Source: an uncultured Deinococcaceae bacterium
Lineage (GTDB): Bacteria; Deinococcota; Deinococci; Deinococcales; Deinococcaceae
Reading direction: 5' to 3'
DNA length: 64,000 nucleotides
Assembly: GCA_964252075.1 (NCBI GenBank)
Contig: CAXULY010000012.1
Location: 57,066 to 121,065, forward strand
The notes beneath the pieces were generated by a model. That model did no database searches and was not told the origin of the DNA. It saw nothing but the letters and a program-made list of their open reading frames with translations. Shown piece after piece: positions 61,945 through 64,000 of this stretch; the first letter of the stretch is position 1; each line of letters opens with the position of its first letter. The position numbers and the translations under genes are program-made.

Positions 61945-62517
61945 TTACTGGCTGCCTGCGGGCGCCACAATCTGGTACGTCTCCGACCAGTTCACGGGAG
62001 CGCCGCCGTTCGACGCAGTGAAATCAAAGCGGACATGCCACGAAGTCGAGCCCGCGGTGTGGTTGTGCGCGACCGCCCAAGTGATCGGTATCCGGGCTGT
62101 TGGCGCGACGTCAGCCACATTCAGCACTCGGGGCGCGTAATACGAGTCCGGGCTGTTGATTGTACATTGGGCGTCGACCGTGGTCGTGCAGGCGTAACCA
62201 CCCTTCATGAAGCCAACGAGCTTTCCAGTGATAAACCCATCGGCAGCGACATTACCTTTGTCGTCTGCAAAGACCGGCTTGTCGTCCCCAGTCAGTAGCA
62301 CCGCCTTGAAGGAAAGGTCGCTCATGTCTTTCGCACCGGGGCCTGCAGTCACCTGCACCTTAACCTGTGGAATGACGTAGGTTTCCACGCCCTTATCGTC
62401 AATGGTTACCGAGTAGCCTATATCCTCCATCATGACTTTGTACGGGCGCTCGGGAGTGGCAATCACACCACAACCAGCCAGCAGGCCAGCTGCTGCAATA
62501 AAAATCCATTTCTTCAT
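61945..62517 (-). CDS. Lipoprotein of unknown function, low GC
   Basis: Lipobox LLAGC after MKKWIF; ATGA overlap with the rex stop. Confidence 0.8.
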   Translation of the reverse strand: MKKWIFIAAAGLLAGCGVIATPERPYKVMMEDIGYSVTIDDKGVETYVIPQVKVQVTAGPGAKDMSDLSFKAVLLTGDDKPVFADDKGNVAADGFITGKLVGFMKGGYACTTTVDAQCTINSPDSYYAPRVLNVADVAPTARIPITWAVAHNHTAGSTSWHVRFDFTASNGGAPVNWSETYQIVAPAGSQ

Positions 62518-63212
62518 TGACTTTCCTCCATTTCGATGTCTTTCAGGTGAGGGTTCAGAATGTAGAAGGCGAGGCGTTTCATGCCCGCCAGGAAGTCCAC
62601 ATTCTCTACGACGACCTTCTGCCATTCGTCGGCGGTTTCGTGCGTGCCTGCGCGTTCGACGGTGCGTGGCGTGATCACGACCGGCGCGAAGTTGAGGATG
62701 CCGCGCACGCCTGCTTCGGCGAGGGCCTGGGCGGCGTCCTGCGCGCGCTCGGGCGGCACGGCGAGGAAGCCCATGTCGACCCGCTGAGTGGCGGTGAAGG
62801 TTTTGAGGTCGTCCATGTGCTGGACTTTCATGCCGCGCACTTCTCGCCCGACGAGGGCGGCGTTCACGTCGAAGAGGCCGACGTAGGAGAACTGGTAGTC
62901 GCTGGCACCAGGGTAGTTCGCGATGGCCTGCCCGAGGCGGCCGATGCCGACGATGACGACGTTCCAGGTCTGGTTGAGGCCGAGGACGCGCATGAGTTCG
63001 CGTTTGAGGAGGGGGACGGTGTAGCCCATGCCGCGCGTGCCGAAGCGCCCGAAGTACGCGAGGTCCTTGCGGACCTGGAAGGCGCTGACCTGCGCGCGTT
63101 CGGCGAGGTCGTTGCTGCTGGTGCGGGAGACGCCCTGCGCGTCGAGCTGCTCGAGGATGCGCAGGTACGTGACGAGGCGGGAGATGGCCGCGGTAGGGAT
63201 GCCGCTCGTCAT
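62514..63212 (-). CDS. rex: Redox-sensing transcriptional repressor Rex
   Basis: IP.AAISRLVTYLR, SS..LA, QVRKDLAYFG.FG.RG.GY, VGIGRLG.A and GILNFAP motifs. Confidence 0.96.
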   Translation of the reverse strand: MTSGIPTAAISRLVTYLRILEQLDAQGVSRTSSNDLAERAQVSAFQVRKDLAYFGRFGTRGMGYTVPLLKRELMRVLGLNQTWNVVIVGIGRLGQAIANYPGASDYQFSYVGLFDVNAALVGREVRGMKVQHMDDLKTFTATQRVDMGFLAVPPERAQDAAQALAEAGVRGILNFAPVVITPRTVERAGTHETADEWQKVVVENVDFLAGMKRLAFYILNPHLKDIEMEESQ

Positions 63213-63213
63213 G

Positions 63214-64000
63214 TCAGCGCACCCGGAAGTGGTCGATGCCGTTCTGGCTGAGGCGGGTTTCGGTGCGGGTGAGGGCGTCGCCCGTGTAGGGGCCGACGAG
63301 CACGCGGACCTTGCGGCCGGGCGGCGCGATGATGGAGGGCACGTACCCGAGGTCCCGCAGTTGCTGCACGAGGGTCTGGGCACGGTCCTGCTGGTCGAAG
63401 GCGCCGACTTGCAGGTACACGGGGGTGTTGGTAGGTGGGGCGGGTTCCGTGGGCTGCGGGGTGGCGTTGGTGTCGTCGGTGCTGCCCGTGGTGCTGCTCT
63501 GATTGGGGGTGGCGGGTGGGGTGGGAGTGCTGGCGCCCGTGCTGGTGCTGCTGGTGTCCTGCGGGGCGGGCTGCCCGATGGGGGCGCGCAGCACCGCGCC
63601 GGAGAACACGCGCTGGATGTCGGCGAGGGCGCGCTGCCCGGTGGCGGCGTCCGCGAAGGGACCGATCTGCGCGACGACGCCCTGATCCACGGGGATGAGG
63701 TGGACGGTGTAGCCGAGTTGCGAGATGACCGCCGTGCGTTCCTGCGCGACCGCCTCGCTGGTGTACGTGCCGACGCTCACGCGGTAGTTGCGGCGGGTGG
63801 GCACGTCGGCGCTGGTGGTCGGCACGGGGTTCCCCGCGGCGGACGCAGCCTGGGTGGACGCACCCGTGGTCGCTTCGGAGGCGCCGGTGGTGGCGGTGCT
63901 GTCCGCGGTGGTGGGGGCGGGCGTGGGGGCCTGCGTGGCGCTCGGGTTTGGCTCGGGTTGCGCGGGGATGGTGGGGACGTCCGAGGGCGCCTGCGGGATG
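63214..64000 (-). CDS. SPOR-domain cell-division/peptidoglycan-binding protein (5' end outside window)
   Basis: Two SPOR-like repeats (YRVSVGTY...QIGPF; YLQVGAF...VRVLVGPY) with Pro/Thr linkers. Confidence 0.8.
   Translation of the reverse strand, partial: IPQAPSDVPTIPAQPEPNPSATQAPTPAPTTADSTATTGASEATTGASTQAASAAGNPVPTTSADVPTRRNYRVSVGTYTSEAVAQERTAVISQLGYTVHLIPVDQGVVAQIGPFADAATGQRALADIQRVFSGAVLRAPIGQPAPQDTSSTSTGASTPTPPATPNQSSTTGSTDDTNATPQPTEPAPPTNTPVYLQVGAFDQQDRAQTLVQQLRDLGYVPSIIAPPGRKVRVLVGPYTGDALTRTETRLSQNGIDHFRVR

Overview
A GC-rich (about 70%) stretch of core chromosome from a Deinococcus-like bacterium. The assignment rests on a DdrA-like Rad52 protein, RDRM/DdrO operators, an archaeal-type AspRS2, an LdrP-like CRP and many apparently leaderless genes with a TAnnnT box 6-7 nt before the start codon. 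About 55 protein-coding genes are present: glgP (partial), recQ, pnp, aspS2, malQ, phnDCE, rqcH, rex, a c-di-AMP receptor, an amino-acid ABC/Rieske oxygenase cluster, a two-component system, GGDEF proteins and envelope genes. I found no rRNA, tRNA, CRISPR array or IS element. The most striking signal is an unannotated, leaderless 13-codon peptide (MRSANGNDNDPLL) upstream of the non-discriminating aspartyl-tRNA synthetase. It has a sigma70-type promoter and mutually exclusive 1:2/2:3/3:4 hairpins, which makes it a candidate Asn/Asp-sensing ribosome-mediated attenuator. Other leads are RDRM boxes at recQ and at a divergent Rad52/DdrA paralogue, a CarH-like operator on an LdrP-like CRP gene, a GAF-GAF-GGDEF-winged-helix fusion, a probable cysteate racemase/sulfo-lyase pair, a structured leader before a Rieske oxygenase, and a low-GC lipoprotein gene coupled to rex. 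All family calls come from motif recognition; no database search was run.
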